Source: a virus
Lineage: Duplodnaviria; Caudoviricetes
IMG/VR virus record: IMGVR_UViG_3300037424_000485
Coordinates: 140,432 to 204,431 of that record
Reading direction: 5' to 3' (one strand)
Length of the DNA: 64,000 nt
Shown here: in pieces, positions 49,324 to 58,294 of the stretch
How positions within the stretch are numbered: the stretch's first letter is position 1
How the letters are laid out: every line of letters starts with the position of its first letter
The notes under the pieces: model-generated
The model's input: only the letters and a program-made list of their open reading frames with translations
Told to the model about the DNA's origin: nothing
The model's database searches: none
Position numbers and translations under genes: made by a program

Positions 49324-50862
49324 TTAGTTTTTTGTTAGCCAGCTCCAATCATCATCTCTCCCATCTATAAAGTCAGTTAGCAACCCCCAACCATCATCTT
49401 CTGTTAGTTCGTTGGCTTTAAACTCAAATTTTTCATCTAAAATGTCCATTTCTAAGAGAAAAATAGCCCAATATAGTGCGGAAACTAAGTCATCATCAAT
49501 ATTAGCACCGCCAAATTTGTTATGACCCTTATCTTGGAAATCTGTTAATTGTCTAACAGTTTCCATATCAACCAATTCAATACTATCATCTTCTATTAAT
49601 TTCTTCATAAGAAGAACAGCTCTTGGTTTTGTATTTCCTGTAGCTCTAATTCCTAATTTAGATTCTTTAGAACCTTCGTTAATAAGATTTGGATTTTCAT
49701 AATCCCACCATAATTTCATAACAACAGGAGCACCCTCACCATTATTCTCACACATGATATGTGCATTATTATAATAGTAACAAGTCCTATTAACAATCTC
49801 AGAAAAGGTGTATGTATCTGTAAAATTATTTTCAAATACAGCTACTTGTTTCATTTTAATAGGTTTTGTACTGTCTATTCGTAATACCTGTATGGTTGAA
49901 TAATGCTCACCAGTACCCTTTGCAACATCAACACCCAAACAATACATGGCACCGGGAACAGGCTTTTCATAAACTCTAAATTTGTTATTAAGATCATACG
50001 TTTCTGGCTCTGGGTAGTGTCGTTTCAATAACACTTCTAATACATTAGAATCAATAACAGTGTTAGAACTACCAATAAAATTTACCATCATTTCTTGTGC
50101 AAATTTTAATTTACCCAAAACACCTAATTGTTCTTTAGCCCATTCATCATCTCTATCTGGATGTGCTGTCCAATCATATTTTATACATTTAAATGCATTT
50201 GTCCCATTTTCAGCCCCTGTATATAATTTATGGAATGTATTAAACATACCTTGTGGTGTTGAAATAATAATAACCTTTGCAGTCTTTGATGATGATATTG
50301 TGGGCCAGTTGGAAGTCCAAAATGAATCTGCTCTTGGAGCAAATGCCATCTCATCTAAAATTAAAAGAGCAAATGTACTACCCCTGAATGCACTATCACT
50401 GGTAGCAGATACTTTTATTTCTGAATGATTTTCAAACTCTACTGCTGTTTCTGCCCATTTAACAACCCCAGGTTTTATCCAAACTGGTAGGAGTTCATAC
50501 ATATTTTTCAATTTCTTTAAAAAATCTATTGCTGATTTTTCTTTATTTGAAGCTATACCTATAACTCTATCATTATGAAATATAGCAAACCATAATGCAT
50601 ATGCAGAAACAAGAATAGACTTCCCTTGTTGACGTGCAACCATTGCGATAGAAAATCTATTGGATATGAAGTGTTTTAATAGGTTTTTTTGAAAATCATA
50701 TAATTCAAATAAAATTTTACCTTTGTCAACAGAAACTATATAAATATAGTTCTCAATGAAGTATAATGGATCTTTTTTACACCTAACTAACTCTTTAATC
50801 TGGTGGGAAGTATATTCGTGCTCTACATCACATGGTTTTACAAAATCTACATTCTTAGCCAT
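49324..50862 (-). CDS. terL: terminase large subunit gp17-like
   Basis: Walker A ARQQGKS, Walker B LLILDEMAF, ISTPQG, nuclease LGVDVAKG and DDLV. Confidence 0.96.
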   Translation of the reverse strand: MAKNVDFVKPCDVEHEYTSHQIKELVRCKKDPLYFIENYIYIVSVDKGKILFELYDFQKNLLKHFISNRFSIAMVARQQGKSILVSAYALWFAIFHNDRVIGIASNKEKSAIDFLKKLKNMYELLPVWIKPGVVKWAETAVEFENHSEIKVSATSDSAFRGSTFALLILDEMAFAPRADSFWTSNWPTISSSKTAKVIIISTPQGMFNTFHKLYTGAENGTNAFKCIKYDWTAHPDRDDEWAKEQLGVLGKLKFAQEMMVNFIGSSNTVIDSNVLEVLLKRHYPEPETYDLNNKFRVYEKPVPGAMYCLGVDVAKGTGEHYSTIQVLRIDSTKPIKMKQVAVFENNFTDTYTFSEIVNRTCYYYNNAHIMCENNGEGAPVVMKLWWDYENPNLINEGSKESKLGIRATGNTKPRAVLLMKKLIEDDSIELVDMETVRQLTDFQDKGHNKFGGANIDDDLVSALYWAIFLLEMDILDEKFEFKANELTEDDGWGLLTDFIDGRDDDWSWLTKN

Positions 50863-51203
50863 CAGTCTACATTCCCACCTAAATCTCTAACATTTTGTTT
50901 CATGTCAGCCACCTGTTGTTGTAGCCTATTCTTCATTACCTTTTCAACATCTGTAGCAACGCCCATTTGTTCTTTAAGAGAGTATTCAAATATGGTATTT
51001 TCTTTTTCCCTGATATCTTTCTTCTCTTGAACGATCTGATATTCCACCATATCACCAGCATGGACATATCTACTATCAATCCAGAATATTGATCCTATTA
51101 TGAATGTTATAATTGCTATGACTCCTGTTATTGATTTGATAGGATTCTCCTTTATATTTTTCCATGCTACAGAGCTTGTAGATGGTATTACATCATCACC
51201 CAT
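50862..51203 (-). CDS. single-pass membrane protein with coiled coil
   Basis: ITGVIAIITFIIGSIFWI hydrophobic segment. Confidence 0.6.
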   Translation of the reverse strand: MGDDVIPSTSSVAWKNIKENPIKSITGVIAIITFIIGSIFWIDSRYVHAGDMVEYQIVQEKKDIREKENTIFEYSLKEQMGVATDVEKVMKNRLQQQVADMKQNVRDLGGNVD

Positions 51204-51213
51204 TTTTACCTCC

Positions 51214-52404
51214 TTATAGGCCAGTTTTTAGTATTGTGTTGCATATAGGCCCTCTTGATTTAGAACCTTGTAATACAATGTGACCATAGTTAGGTTGTCC
51301 TTTAAGCATACGAACTACCCAATTAAGGCCATTATTTTCCGTATTCAAATGGCTATTATCTACTTGGTTTGTATCCCCGTTAATAATACATTTAACATTT
51401 TCACCCATACGTGTCATAATAGTCCTAATTTGGATTCTACTGAAATTCTGAGCCTCTTCTATGATGACTATCGCATTATCGATATTCATGCCTCTCATGT
51501 GGTTAATTGGAATAAATTCAATGTATTTGGGGTTAAGGATAGCATTACCATTCTGAATATCTAAAAATAGCCTGTTAGCATTTCTATCTTCATGAAGAGC
51601 AAGAAGCAAATCTTTCACTGGTTTGAAGAAAGGATCTATTTTTGATTCTAACGTCCCTGGAAGAAAGCCAAGCTCTTTGCCAATTTCTATAGTGTTTTTA
51701 ACAACATATATCTTTCTATATTGCTTCTTCTCTAGGGTTAGATATAAAGCAGAAGCTAATGATATCAAAGACTTTCCTAAACCAGCTGGTGATTGAATGG
51801 ATATAATATCGATCTCGTCATTAGTTATTAAGTGTATAGCCGCATTCTGGTATGCTGTTTTCGGCTTAATTTTCCATACTTCATGGTTTGGTATCAACAC
51901 AGGATCTAAATGAGGATTGAACATATGAAGCTTGCCATCAACAAAACCAAAACAATTTGGTGTTTCATCATCATACTCGTCAACAAACCCCGTAAATCTC
52001 TCAGAATCGCTTTTAAAGGGCATAGACTCTTTAAACTCTTGAGTTACTATGCCATGGTATACATCGGCTTTAAAACGCATTAGAAAGTCAGATGTGACTA
52101 AAATAGGGTTTTCTATTTTAGTGTTAGCGATCTCAGCAAGAATTTTATTGTCGTTGTTATAATTATTATCAGGATGTCCGATTATTTTAATCATGTCCTT
52201 ATATTCTATAAGGTTTTTTATAACTTCTTGAACTTGCGGTCTTAGTTTGTTATCTCTTTTCAGACCATCGAGTTCGTTTATAATAGTATGTGTTAAATAT
52301 ACCTGATTTTTATCTTTACCATCTTCACCATTAGTCAATATTCTTAGCACATCTGGATTGTCTATCAGCACATTTGTGTCTACAATAAAATGTTTCTTAG
52401 CCAT
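51214..52404 (-). CDS. phoH: PIN-PhoH (PhoH2-like) protein
   Basis: FIVDTNVL PIN start; SPAGLGKS; RGMNIDNAIVIIEEAQN; GDTNQVD. Confidence 0.92.
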   Translation of the reverse strand: MAKKHFIVDTNVLIDNPDVLRILTNGEDGKDKNQVYLTHTIINELDGLKRDNKLRPQVQEVIKNLIEYKDMIKIIGHPDNNYNNDNKILAEIANTKIENPILVTSDFLMRFKADVYHGIVTQEFKESMPFKSDSERFTGFVDEYDDETPNCFGFVDGKLHMFNPHLDPVLIPNHEVWKIKPKTAYQNAAIHLITNDEIDIISIQSPAGLGKSLISLASALYLTLEKKQYRKIYVVKNTIEIGKELGFLPGTLESKIDPFFKPVKDLLLALHEDRNANRLFLDIQNGNAILNPKYIEFIPINHMRGMNIDNAIVIIEEAQNFSRIQIRTIMTRMGENVKCIINGDTNQVDNSHLNTENNGLNWVVRMLKGQPNYGHIVLQGSKSRGPICNTILKTGL

Positions 52405-52432
52405 TTAAACTCCTTGAGTGTATGTTATTTAT

Positions 52433-52993
52433 CTACTCCACAATTTCGGCATCTTCAGCGTCTTCAGCTTGTAATTCACATATTTGTTTTAATAGATCCT
52501 CTCTACTACTGATAATAATATTGTTTTGTGTTATACTCCTCCCCCCGCCCTTGAGCGTGTCTTTTAATGCTACTTGCTGTTCTTTTATATCCAACTCCCT
52601 AGATTTATGTTCTAATACTTGTTGATTATAAGATTCACCCATTATAGAGCTTGATGCCGTAGTAATGGCATTAATAAGTCCCGCCATAACTTCTATGCGT
52701 CTATTATCAAGACCCCCTGTTAGAAATGATTCTTCAGCTTTATCTAATATTCTGTTTGCTCTTTCTATGTTTTGGTGTAGAATTGTGTCAGCGTCAGGAT
52801 GGGCATTTTTAGCAAGAACTTTTATTTCTTCTCTTAGCTTTTCTATTTCCTGTAGTTGGGTATCAGTATTAATTACTTGGTCTGGTATGGCTATTGATTT
52901 TGAGGTTCTATCAACATTGAACAGGATATCTAAACTATTGGTGTTTAGTTGGGGTTCTGCCTTGTCGGAATTATATTTATTATCTTCTATCAC
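52433..52993 (-). CDS. probable terminase small subunit (gp16-like), GTG start
   Basis: SD AAGGAG before GTG at 52993; NRRIEVMAGLINAI resembles T4-like TerS; upstream of TerL operon. Confidence 0.55.
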   Translation of the reverse strand: MIEDNKYNSDKAEPQLNTNSLDILFNVDRTSKSIAIPDQVINTDTQLQEIEKLREEIKVLAKNAHPDADTILHQNIERANRILDKAEESFLTGGLDNRRIEVMAGLINAITTASSSIMGESYNQQVLEHKSRELDIKEQQVALKDTLKGGGRSITQNNIIISSREDLLKQICELQAEDAEDAEIVE

Positions 52994-53022
52994 AGTATTC
53001 TCCTTATACATCTTGGTATATG

Positions 53023-53054
53023 TATTTATATGAAATTGTATGTTTATATTTATA
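53023..53054 (-). promoter_or_regulatory. two late promoter boxes
   Basis: TATAAATA at 53023-53030 and 53047-53054. Confidence 0.6.
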
Positions 53055-53141
53055 TTTAAATAAATAATAAATTTTCTTAACATACCCTGTAAAAGTAGTA
53101 TATTGTATTATATCAAGTGAACATTAACAAAGGAGACAACA

Positions 53142-53357
53142 TTGTCTTTAAAATTAACTTATATGAATCCAGAAGGTATGACAGCTCTTGAAATGGAAGA
53201 AGAGCTTTTAAAGGTTTTTAATTCATACCCTGAATATAATGACAAGTCATTCTTTAAAATGGTGGAGTTATTTGCAAATGATGATTTTTTTCATTTGCAT
53301 CTAGTAGCTAAAGAATGTCTTAAAGATCCCTTTTTTAAAGAGCTATATACCAACTAA
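53142..53357 (+). CDS. hypothetical protein
   Basis: SD AAGGAG, TTG start; possible promoter TTAACA-16-TATATT at 53077-53104. Confidence 0.6.
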   Translation: MSLKLTYMNPEGMTALEMEEELLKVFNSYPEYNDKSFFKMVELFANDDFFHLHLVAKECLKDPFFKELYTN

Positions 53358-53381
53358 TAACCATCACATGGAAGGTGAAGT

Positions 53382-53581
53382 ATGAGAGAACCATATAAAA
53401 ACCCACAGTAAAATTGTTAGGAACAGATGGCAATGCCTTTGCTGTTCTTGTGGTAGTCAGACGAGCTTTGAGGAAAGCGGGAGCCGATGCAGAGTATGTG
53501 TCAAAGTACACTGCCGAGGCAAGGTCAGGAGACTTTGACAATCTTCTGCGAGTGTCCATGAAGTACGTGGATGTGAAATAA
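53382..53581 (+). pseudogene. conserved small phage protein with a frameshift in an A5 run
   Basis: MREPYK then -1 frame KPTVKLLGTDGNAFAVL...SGDFDNLLRVSMKYVDVK; SD GAAGGTG. Confidence 0.65.
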
Positions 53582-53718
53582 CAACTAATGGGGTGTAGAC
53601 CCCTCATAACTTTAGAAAAGTTGGCTGTGCATATGTTGTTGGACTCAGCAGGAATTAAGGGGATGTCATAATAAATAAACATACACAAAAACAACAGTAT
53701 TCCTGGTAGGGGATTATT

Positions 53719-53952
53719 ATGCCGAAAACAAAAAGAGACACCCGTTTATCGTTAAGACTATTGTGTGATGACAGCAACGACAATTTTATTGTAAGATATT
53801 CAAACCAAGGGGAACCATTCCGTGAAGGTGTCGAAATCGGAGTGGAAAACAGGGAGTTTGAAAAAGAAGTGATTGTAACGCTGATAGATGGTGAAGCAAG
53901 GCAGTTAAGAGATTTACTTATTCGCCTTTACCCTATCAACATCAAAGGTTAA
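53719..53952 (+). CDS. hypothetical protein
   Basis: SD GGGGA; ORF track. Confidence 0.6.
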   Translation: MPKTKRDTRLSLRLLCDDSNDNFIVRYSNQGEPFREGVEIGVENREFEKEVIVTLIDGEARQLRDLLIRLYPINIKG

Positions 53953-53981
53953 CAATGGAATACTAATAAGGAGATTTACCA

Positions 53982-54191
53982 ATGGCAAGTCATAAATCAG
54001 TGCAACTTGATGGCAGAACTTACAACCTGTTTGAGAAGAGCATACAAGTTGAGGGTATTGCTAAGTTTGTATTTTTCACAAGACCAGTGAATATGGCTGA
54101 TGTAATTCTTCTTCATAGCATCTATGAATTAGGCAGAAAGAATGGCAAGAATGAAGTTGCTGATGTTATTAAAAATATACTTGGGATGTAG
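53982..54191 (+). CDS. hypothetical protein
   Basis: SD AAGGAG; ORF track. Confidence 0.65.
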   Translation: MASHKSVQLDGRTYNLFEKSIQVEGIAKFVFFTRPVNMADVILLHSIYELGRKNGKNEVADVIKNILGM

Positions 54192-54199
54192 TATAATTA

Positions 54200-54940
54200 T
54201 CAACATTTATTCCTTCTCATGTCGCAATGCTTATGAACAGCATTATGACATTTTTTACACAATGTAATACAATTATCAACATCAGCAGACTCGATAGGGT
54301 TAAGTTCTACACCTTCGTAGTGATGACAGTGTAATTGAGTGTAAGAATCACCACATTTTTTACATGTCCAATTGTCTCTTTCTAAAACTAGTTTTCTTAA
54401 TTGGGGTTGTACTTCTCTACTATTATTAATATTTATATTGAAATCTCTTGGATGTTTTTTCTGTCCATATATAGAACAATTATTTTTACATTCATCAGAA
54501 CAATATAAATTCTGACCCCCTTTAGATATATTTGTTATAGATTGAATTCTACGTCTTACATCTGTTGTTTTTGGTACAAACCAACACTTGCAATGATGAC
54601 ATACAACCTCTAATATCTCTCTGTTATTATGAGATCTACGTGTTTTTTCATATAATGATATTTGATTATTATATGTATCAAATGATGGTATATTACTTTT
54701 AGTTATACCACCCTTCCATACAGGATTACCAATTCCCATATTAGAACAATGGTTGCTGCATGTATTGATACTTTTCATATGTTGTTTCTTGATAAAATAT
54801 GGATCGCCACATATTATACAAGATTCAATCAATATAAAACTATCCTGTTTACATTTACCATCTATTCGTCTAAAGATAGTATATCCTGTTCTTCCTTTAG
54901 TTATCCTATAATTATCTATATTTTCCCATGATATAACCAT
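54200..54940 (-). CDS. HNH homing endonuclease, family A copy 3
   Basis: REVQPQLRKLVLERDNWTCKKC...LHCHH...DVDNCITLCKKCH. Confidence 0.88.
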   Translation of the reverse strand: MVISWENIDNYRITKGRTGYTIFRRIDGKCKQDSFILIESCIICGDPYFIKKQHMKSINTCSNHCSNMGIGNPVWKGGITKSNIPSFDTYNNQISLYEKTRRSHNNREILEVVCHHCKCWFVPKTTDVRRRIQSITNISKGGQNLYCSDECKNNCSIYGQKKHPRDFNININNSREVQPQLRKLVLERDNWTCKKCGDSYTQLHCHHYEGVELNPIESADVDNCITLCKKCHNAVHKHCDMRRNKC

Positions 54941-54946
54941 AATAGT

Positions 54947-54975
54947 ATTATATTAGATTATATGTTTAATGTCAA
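54947..54975 (-). promoter_or_regulatory. perfect sigma70 promoter for HNH copy 3 (leaderless)
   Basis: TTGACA-17 bp-TATAAT, ATG 6 nt downstream; 20-bp palindrome 54965-54984 over the -35. Confidence 0.75.
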
Positions 54976-54981
54976 GACATT

Positions 54982-55015
54982 AAAAAACCCCTTGACAATT
55001 AAGCCAAGGGGTTTT
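54982..55015 (-). terminator. intrinsic terminator after major capsid gene
   Basis: AAAACCCCTTGGC-TTAATT-GTCAAGGGGTTTTTT. Confidence 0.9.
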
Positions 55016-55020
55016 ATACT
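54992..55020 (+). promoter_or_regulatory. sigma70 promoter embedded in terminator, antisense to capsid gene
   Basis: TTGACA-17 bp-TATACT. Confidence 0.55.
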
Positions 55021-55040
55021 ACAGGTTTAGTTTCTATCTA

Positions 55041-56375
55041 TTAATCGAAATTATTTACGACTATTGTCTGATAGAAATTTTGAGAACCAAACATGTGTTC
55101 ATGGATGGCATAACGACTCATCAGACCAACGGTAGGTTGGAATGAATCTTCGTAAGTTGCTTTACTTGCCATCAACTGAATGTATGGAAGATAAACAACA
55201 CCAGTGTCATACTCAGAAGGCCCTTTGTAACCGATAAGGATAGAATCATTAGCGGTAGTATGGAAGGTATCACGATAAACGTTCAATCTACCATCAAGAG
55301 AACCTACACGACTCACACCAGTAACACCAGAGTTAATATCTGTTGATACAGGAGCGATAGTGAAAGCACTGGTTGCTTCAAGAGCAGCTACCATATTCGG
55401 AGAACAAACAGCGTAGTTACCTGCGCCTCTACGGGTAGTTACTGCAATACGGTTGGTTTTACGGATTACATAGTTGTAAAGGTTACGATAAACCTCTGCT
55501 TCCCATCTACCGTTGAAATCAGCACCAGAAGAACCCCAAGAATTGAAATCAAGAGTAGTTACGTTGCCATTACCAACTGTACAAAGAGAACGAATTTTAG
55601 CAATAAGCTCCCTATCAATCTCAGCGGTAATTTCGTAAGCAAGAACGTCCATCATTTCTTCTTCAAGATTCAGACCGTGCATAGCTTTAAGATCCTGGGC
55701 AACTTCCATTGACCAACGACTTCTAAGCTTACGGGTCTTAGCTTCTACTTGCGCTTTCTCAATTGTCATGCTAAGTTCAGCAATCTCTTGGTTAGTACCG
55801 ATACCAAGGCCACGATTGGCTACTGTAGCATCAGAACCAAGAGCCTCGCCAGCAGCAGCAGAGAGAGTCTGATTTCTTACATCATCACCAGAGTAGTAAG
55901 GATTTACAGCGTTATACCCAATCTCGTTAGTTATGGTATTACCGTAACTATCTTTGTTTACAGGATTGGTTGTGCTTTCAGCACCAGCATCATAAGTTGA
56001 AGAACCACGAAAACGAAGTGCAAACGCAAGACCAACAGGGCCAGTCAGCGGTTGAACACCTACGATATCATGAGCAATCAACTCAGGAAAGGTTCTACGA
56101 ACCATAGGAATGGCGATTTTATGAAACTCACCAGATCCGATAGTGCCAGGAGTACCATAACCAGTACCAACACCAGCAGCAGTACCGATACTATTAGCAC
56201 CAATAGCAACTGCTTCACTAATATCTACACCACCATTAAGATGGGTAGCCTCATTGTTTAACATGATAGCGGTCGCTCTACGAATCTTCTCAGATTTGTA
56301 AGTAGCTCCCTCATCAAGTACATCTTTCCAAAAATCAACTATACCATTAATATAGTTTTTATTACTTTTATCCAT
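55041..56375 (-). CDS. major capsid protein gp23-like (start MDKSNK)
   Basis: IPMVRRTFPELIAHDIVGVQPLTGPVGLAFALR; KTRKLRSRWSMEVAQDLKAMHG; EITAEIDRE; SD AGGAGG. Confidence 0.97.
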   Translation of the reverse strand: MDKSNKNYINGIVDFWKDVLDEGATYKSEKIRRATAIMLNNEATHLNGGVDISEAVAIGANSIGTAAGVGTGYGTPGTIGSGEFHKIAIPMVRRTFPELIAHDIVGVQPLTGPVGLAFALRFRGSSTYDAGAESTTNPVNKDSYGNTITNEIGYNAVNPYYSGDDVRNQTLSAAAGEALGSDATVANRGLGIGTNQEIAELSMTIEKAQVEAKTRKLRSRWSMEVAQDLKAMHGLNLEEEMMDVLAYEITAEIDRELIAKIRSLCTVGNGNVTTLDFNSWGSSGADFNGRWEAEVYRNLYNYVIRKTNRIAVTTRRGAGNYAVCSPNMVAALEATSAFTIAPVSTDINSGVTGVSRVGSLDGRLNVYRDTFHTTANDSILIGYKGPSEYDTGVVYLPYIQLMASKATYEDSFQPTVGLMSRYAIHEHMFGSQNFYQTIVVNNFD

Positions 56376-56388
56376 TATATTATTCCTC

Positions 56389-57300
56389 CTAGTTCCTTTT
56401 ATTAAGTTCAATCCATTGCTTCTTTTGAAGTTCCCAAGGTGAAAGACCTGTCCCTTCATTCATTTTAGGTTTTTCAGATTTAGTATGTCCTACTTCAACA
56501 TGACCTTTACCTTCTTCAACCTTTTTACCGCCTTTCTTTTCAGTCAATGTCATCTTTTCGCCGCATTCAGGACAAGTAAGATCATCACCTTCTTTAATCT
56601 CAGCAGATGCCCCACACTTCTCACATGTATAAGAACTTACATCACCCTTATCATCTTTAGGCTCATCTTCTTCAGTAATTTTTTTGATGTCCATAGATTC
56701 GATAATAAATCCGAATTTCTTATCAATGCTTTCTTTAACAGTCTCATCACCTAGAATACTGATAACATGACTTTTTTGTGATTCGGTAAGTCCGTCACAT
56801 TTCTTACGAAGATAGATATGAGCAGCCATTTCTTGAGCATCTTGTTCAAGAGTAAGAACTTTTTTAGTAGACTTGTTGCAGTCTTCTTTAAGTTTAATAA
56901 TCTCATTCTTAGCTTCTTTAAGAAGACTTTGAACTTCATTATTAAGAGCACCCTCGTCAATAGCAAGACGAATTTTGAATTGCTCAATAAGATCATGATA
57001 TAATTCGCCAAGTTTGGCATATTCTACAACTTTCTCAGGAATTTTAACTTCCTCGTCAAGGATAGAATCTACAAAATTTGAGAATTTGCTAGTAACCTCA
57101 TCTTTATAAGTTTCAAACTTACTTTCAAGCTCTTCTGTTAAAGCATCTTTCGCGGCTTCTAGTTCTTTTTCAATTCTTTCAGCAACCAGTGATTGAGCTT
57201 TTGACTCTATAATGGTTTCAAGTTTGTTTTTAATCTCTGCTTGAGCAGATTCTTCAAGTTTATTAGCTTGAAGCATTTCTAATACTTTGGTAAGATCCAT
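56389..57300 (-). CDS. prohead scaffold (gp22-like) with zinc-ribbon insertion
   Basis: Coiled-coil acidic protein directly upstream of MCP; CEKC...CPEC near C-terminus. Confidence 0.85.
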   Translation of the reverse strand: MDLTKVLEMLQANKLEESAQAEIKNKLETIIESKAQSLVAERIEKELEAAKDALTEELESKFETYKDEVTSKFSNFVDSILDEEVKIPEKVVEYAKLGELYHDLIEQFKIRLAIDEGALNNEVQSLLKEAKNEIIKLKEDCNKSTKKVLTLEQDAQEMAAHIYLRKKCDGLTESQKSHVISILGDETVKESIDKKFGFIIESMDIKKITEEDEPKDDKGDVSSYTCEKCGASAEIKEGDDLTCPECGEKMTLTEKKGGKKVEEGKGHVEVGHTKSEKPKMNEGTGLSPWELQKKQWIELNKRN

Positions 57301-57343
57301 AAATTTTTCCTCCTGAAAAAAGTATAATTTGTTTTGTTACTAT

Positions 57344-57351
57344 TATTTATA
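57344..57351 (-). promoter_or_regulatory. late promoter TATAAATA
   Basis: Exact box upstream of scaffold and MCP. Confidence 0.7.
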
Positions 57352-57406
57352 TAAAATTTAATCTATATCTAAAAAGTTAAATTTTATAGATATATTAATA
57401 CAAAAA

Positions 57407-58273
57407 TTATTTACATATTAGTTGATTATATTTACATCCTTCTTGTTTATGTACTGCCTTATGACATTTTTTACATAGTGTTATACAATTGTCTATATCA
57501 CATGACTAAATTGGGTTATTTATTACAGGGTCTATATGATGACAGTGAAGATTTGATACTTCGTTACACTTCTGACATGTCCAATTATCTCTTTCTAAAA
57601 CCATCTTTCTTAATTGTGGTTGTACTTCTCTTGTTATACTTCTAGGATTTAAAAAACTTTTAGGAAATAGTTTTTGATTGAATAAATCACAATTACCCTT
57701 ACATTCATCAGAGCAATAAAATCTATTTTCAGATCTATAATTAATATTTCCTTTTATATTTTGTATCCTACTTCTAACAGATGTTCTTTTTGGTATATAC
57801 CATTTATTACAATATGTACATCTTACTTCTAATATGTTTTCATCTATTGATGATCTTTTAACTTCTTCATATTGATCTATTTGGTTTTTATATACATCAA
57901 ATGCGGGTATATTATTTAATCTATATCCGCCTTTCCAGAAATTACAATTATCACCACTATTTGATAAATATGACTTTCCTTTTTTGCCTTTACTTATTTT
58001 CAAACAGTGATCTTTTGTTTTTTTATATCTAAGCTTATCTTTTGTTTCTTCTGTATGTTTATATCCATTTCTTGAACATGAATATGAACAATATATACCT
58101 ATTCCTTTTTTAACATTTTTTTTAAATGCTAAGAATTCATCACCACATTTTTTACAATTACATATAAGAAACAATTCAAATAAACTACTTTTACTATTTC
58201 TTTTTCTAAAATATCCTTTAGATGTTATATACTCAAACTCTTCTAGATCTTTATATGTCTTAGGTATCAACAT
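57407..58273 (-). pseudogene. HNH homing endonuclease, family A copy 4, premature TAG
   Basis: NPI-TAG(57506-57508)-SCDIDNCITLCKKCH...NQLICK stop; paralogs have Glu here. Confidence 0.85.
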
Positions 58274-58294
58274 ATAATCTCCTTACTAAGATAT

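Noticed and set aside
53590-53603. GGGGT-GTAG-ACCCC hairpin as terminator
   Set aside because: Only 5 bp and no U-tract; insufficient support.
55041-56459. Track starts for capsid, tape measure, TerS, 5921-6859, 26019-26321 and 42290-43237
   Set aside because: They overlap upstream genes or promoters; better SD-supported starts lie downstream.
57506-57508. Genome-wide TAG recoding (code 15) to explain the in-frame TAG
   Set aside because: TAG is the natural stop of gp13 (48478, after GISMG) and other genes, and long core genes lack internal TAGs.
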